A stretch of DNA of 64,000 bases, taken from NCBI GenBank assembly GCA_963815115.1, contig CAWFFN010000007.1:1056001-1120000 (forward strand), read 5' to 3'. How positions within the stretch are numbered: position 1 is the first letter of the stretch; the number at the start of each line of letters is the position of its first letter. A program made the translations under genes and the position numbers. Positions 61,674 to 64,000 of the stretch are shown piece after piece. The notes beneath the pieces were generated by a model that worked only from the letters and a program-made list of their open reading frames with translations, was not told where the DNA came from and made no database searches. This DNA is from an uncultured delta proteobacterium (lineage in GTDB: Bacteria; Desulfobacterota; Binatia; DP-6).

Positions 61674-62425
61674 CGTCGAGACGCATCGCCCTGCCCGAGC
61701 ATCGTGAGCGATCGCGCCGCCGCGCGGGCAAGCGCCGGATCGGTGCCGTCGCGCGCGCCCCGGAGCGCTTCCACGATGTCAGGCTGCGCCGGCCCGAGAC
61801 GTCCGAGCGCTGCGGCAGCAGCCCGACGCACGCCCGCGTCGCGGTCGTCCAGCCGCGCGGCCACGGCACGTGCCGCCGCCATGCGATCCTCGGCCAGCGC
61901 CACCACCGCCGCCATCGCCGCCAGCCGGACGGCCGGGTCGTCGTCGCCCAGCGTGGCCATCACCTCCGCTTCGAGGCCTTCCGCTCGTCCCGCCAGGTCG
62001 CGCAGGCAGTAGAGCGCCATCTTGCGCTGCAACGGGCCCGGCGCGCCGGTCAGTGCCCGGAGCTCCGCGACGATCGTGGGATGCGCAGGCAGGGAGCGGA
62101 TGATGGTCGCCGCCGCCCAGCGGACGTCGCCGTCGTCGGAGCCGAGCGCCTCCAGCAGCACCGGGACGCACGCCGACGGCGTCGCGCCGACGAGCGAGCA
62201 GGCGTACGCCGCTCCCCAGCGCCTCCGTGCCGAGCCGTCGGCGAGGCCCTGCTCGAGGAGCGGCTGGACGTCCTGCCCGGCACCCGCCACCGCCGCGAGC
62301 ACCTCGGCGGCGCGGCGCTGCTCCGCCTTGGTCGGCGCACCCAGGGCTTCCAGGAGAAGCGCCAGCTCGGGCGCGTCGGCGCGGCGGCGACCGGCGATCG
62401 CGCCGAGGTGCTCGAGGCGCGTCAC
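61670..62425 (-). CDS. HEAT-repeat protein
   Basis: Repeated D.DxxVRxAAAxAL motifs; GTG start overlapping the upstream stop. Confidence 0.8.
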
Positions 62426-63441
62426 CCGACGCCTCGCACGATGGTCTCGGCGATGGTGTCGAGCGGACCGACGCCGAGGATGAAGTCGTCCGGTGGCCGC
62501 ACGACGTCTGCGATGACCGCCGCGAGTCGGTCTCGGACCACCGGGCAGCCCCGCAGCGCGGACTCGAGCCGCGCGATCGTTCCCGAGGGCGCGAGCAGGT
62601 CGCCCGCCAGCATCACCTCGTCGAGCGTCCCGTCGGCGGCGAGCCTGGCATGCGACTCGATGACGCCGAGCATGGTCGGGATGATTCCGTGCCGATCGAG
62701 GTCGGGTCGCCGCACGCGGCGGTGCACGAAGCCGTCGTCGGCCGCCGGCGCGGCCGGCGGTGCCTCCTCGTCGACGAACCGCACGCCGAGCCGCGACTCG
62801 TAGCCGCGGCGGATGCAGGTCGCCAGCTCGCAGATGGACGGCCGCCCCCGGAGCTCGCGAACGAGGGACGTGGCATCGTCCGGCCGGATCATCTGCGCTC
62901 CGATCACCCCATCGCTGTCGGCGCGCTCGAGCAGATGCGGCAACATGCTCTGATCCTGCTCGACGCCGACGCACGCCTCGATCAGCGTCGCGCCGCGCGC
63001 GTCGATTTCGAATCCCATGACCGCGATCGTGCGCCGCGCCACCGTGACGGCATCCCGTCCCGGGTACACGGCCGACACGCCGGCAGCAGCCAGACCGCCG
63101 AGCAGACCCCGGACCGCACGATTGAGTATCTGCTCCGGAGCGAGCGCCAGCGGATCGTCGGAGACGAGGGCGGATCGATGCGGCAGCGTCAGCGAGACCT
63201 GCGCGAAGCCCTCGCCCGAGGCCACCGCGCGCCCGCCCGAGAGCCGGCGATGCAGCGTCACGTCCGATGCCTGCGCCGGCGCGAGGTGATAGCGAGCGAG
63301 CGCGAGGACGGTCCCTGCGAGCACCGACACGCGCAGCGTCCCGTACCCGCGCGCGAGGGCACGTGCGAGCAGCGCCGCATCGGTGAATCGGCTGGCGGAC
63401 GGCGTCGTCGAAGGCTCGAGGATGAATCCGAGGGTCGGCAT
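62422..63441 (-). CDS. Lipoate-protein ligase A-like (BPL/LplA/LipB fold) protein, divergent
   Basis: VLALARYH...HRRLSGGRAV; C-terminal LDEVMLAGDLL...RLESALRG domain. Confidence 0.7.
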   Translation of the reverse strand: MPTLGFILEPSTTPSASRFTDAALLARALARGYGTLRVSVLAGTVLALARYHLAPAQASDVTLHRRLSGGRAVASGEGFAQVSLTLPHRSALVSDDPLALAPEQILNRAVRGLLGGLAAAGVSAVYPGRDAVTVARRTIAVMGFEIDARGATLIEACVGVEQDQSMLPHLLERADSDGVIGAQMIRPDDATSLVRELRGRPSICELATCIRRGYESRLGVRFVDEEAPPAAPAADDGFVHRRVRRPDLDRHGIIPTMLGVIESHARLAADGTLDEVMLAGDLLAPSGTIARLESALRGCPVVRDRLAAVIADVVRPPDDFILGVGPLDTIAETIVRGVG

Positions 63442-63513
63442 CGGAACGCGGCCGAACTCTAGGTCGCGGTGCGAAGGGTGACAACCGGCACGCCCCATGC
63501 TCTCCTTTCGAGC

Positions 63514-63840
63514 ATGATCAGGGCCTTTCTCGGGGTGGTTGCGATCGCGCTGCTCGCCGCTCCCGTGCCGGGGGCGGACCAGCCCATCCCGTCGCCCCCG
63601 CCCGACGTCCACCTGGCGGCCGCGCGAGAAGCGCTGGTGGCCGCCCAGGAGCGTCTTCGCCTCGCCGACACCGGGAAGAAGGACGAGTACGGCGGCCACC
63701 GCAGGCTGGCCCTCGAGATGGTCAACACCGCGCTCGTCGAGGTCGACGCGGGCCTCCGCGTGGCGGCCGACGAGGCCGCGCGGAAGGCCCGCGAGGCGAA
63801 GGACGCGGAGAGTCGGAAGAGGGGGCGAAGGCGGCGGTAG
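63514..63840 (+). CDS. Small secreted helical protein with GGHR motif
   Basis: Signal peptide; HLAAAREAL...EYGGHRRLALE. Confidence 0.6.
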   Translation: MIRAFLGVVAIALLAAPVPGADQPIPSPPPDVHLAAAREALVAAQERLRLADTGKKDEYGGHRRLALEMVNTALVEVDAGLRVAADEAARKAREAKDAESRKRGRRRR

Positions 63841-63861
63841 CGCTCGCAGGCTCCGGCGGGC

Positions 63862-64000
63862 TCAAGCCGGCTTCTGGAGCGACTGGATCTTCCAGACACC
63901 ATCCTCCCGCACCAGCACGGCCACCAGGCGAATCGCGAGGCTCGTGCGCTCGCCGCTCTGCTTGTCCTTGAACTGGTCCTGGCGCAGGAACGCGGCGCGC
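63862..64000 (-). CDS. C-terminal end of an NTF2-like domain protein (runs off window)
   Basis: Manual translation ...RQDQFKDKQSGERTSLAIRLVAVLVREDGVWKIQSLQKPA*. Confidence 0.55.
   Translation of the reverse strand, partial: RAAFLRQDQFKDKQSGERTSLAIRLVAVLVREDGVWKIQSLQKPA

Overview
High-GC bacterial chromosome window; gene content resembles Deltaproteobacteria-like soil/aquatic lineages (inference). From left to right it contains: an exopolysaccharide operon (wza, wzz, ExeA-like ATPase, degenerate BY-kinase, NusG/RfaH paralogue, priming and family-2 glycosyltransferases) with a candidate sigma-54 promoter; housekeeping and envelope genes; a secreted cytochrome-c/copper-monooxygenase-like fusion; a 2894-aa cyclic beta-1,2-glucan synthase; a two-component system; and an MlaA/ABC-2/MlaC operon. 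The most notable region is 33.8-50.8 kb, an integration hotspot at the 3' half of tRNA-Arg(ACG). It holds a ~15.1-kb capsid-less phage-satellite-like element (tyrosine integrase with paired arm-type repeats, xis, alpA, primase-polymerase/helicase with internal iterons, SSB-like protein, a terminase small subunit split into two coupled genes beside a lambda-like cosQ/cosN site, two HEPN-like cargo genes, an IS1380). Distal to it lie two more displaced tRNA 3' halves delimiting 0.33-kb and 0.73-kb mini-cassettes, associated with HicBA (toxin frameshifted) and YefM-YoeB modules. The right end has an amino-acid ABC transporter, TPR-like proteins, tRNA-Ser(GCT), a macro-domain protein, clpB, a HEAT-repeat protein and a lipoate-ligase-like protein. 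All family assignments are by eye from motifs; no database searches were run.
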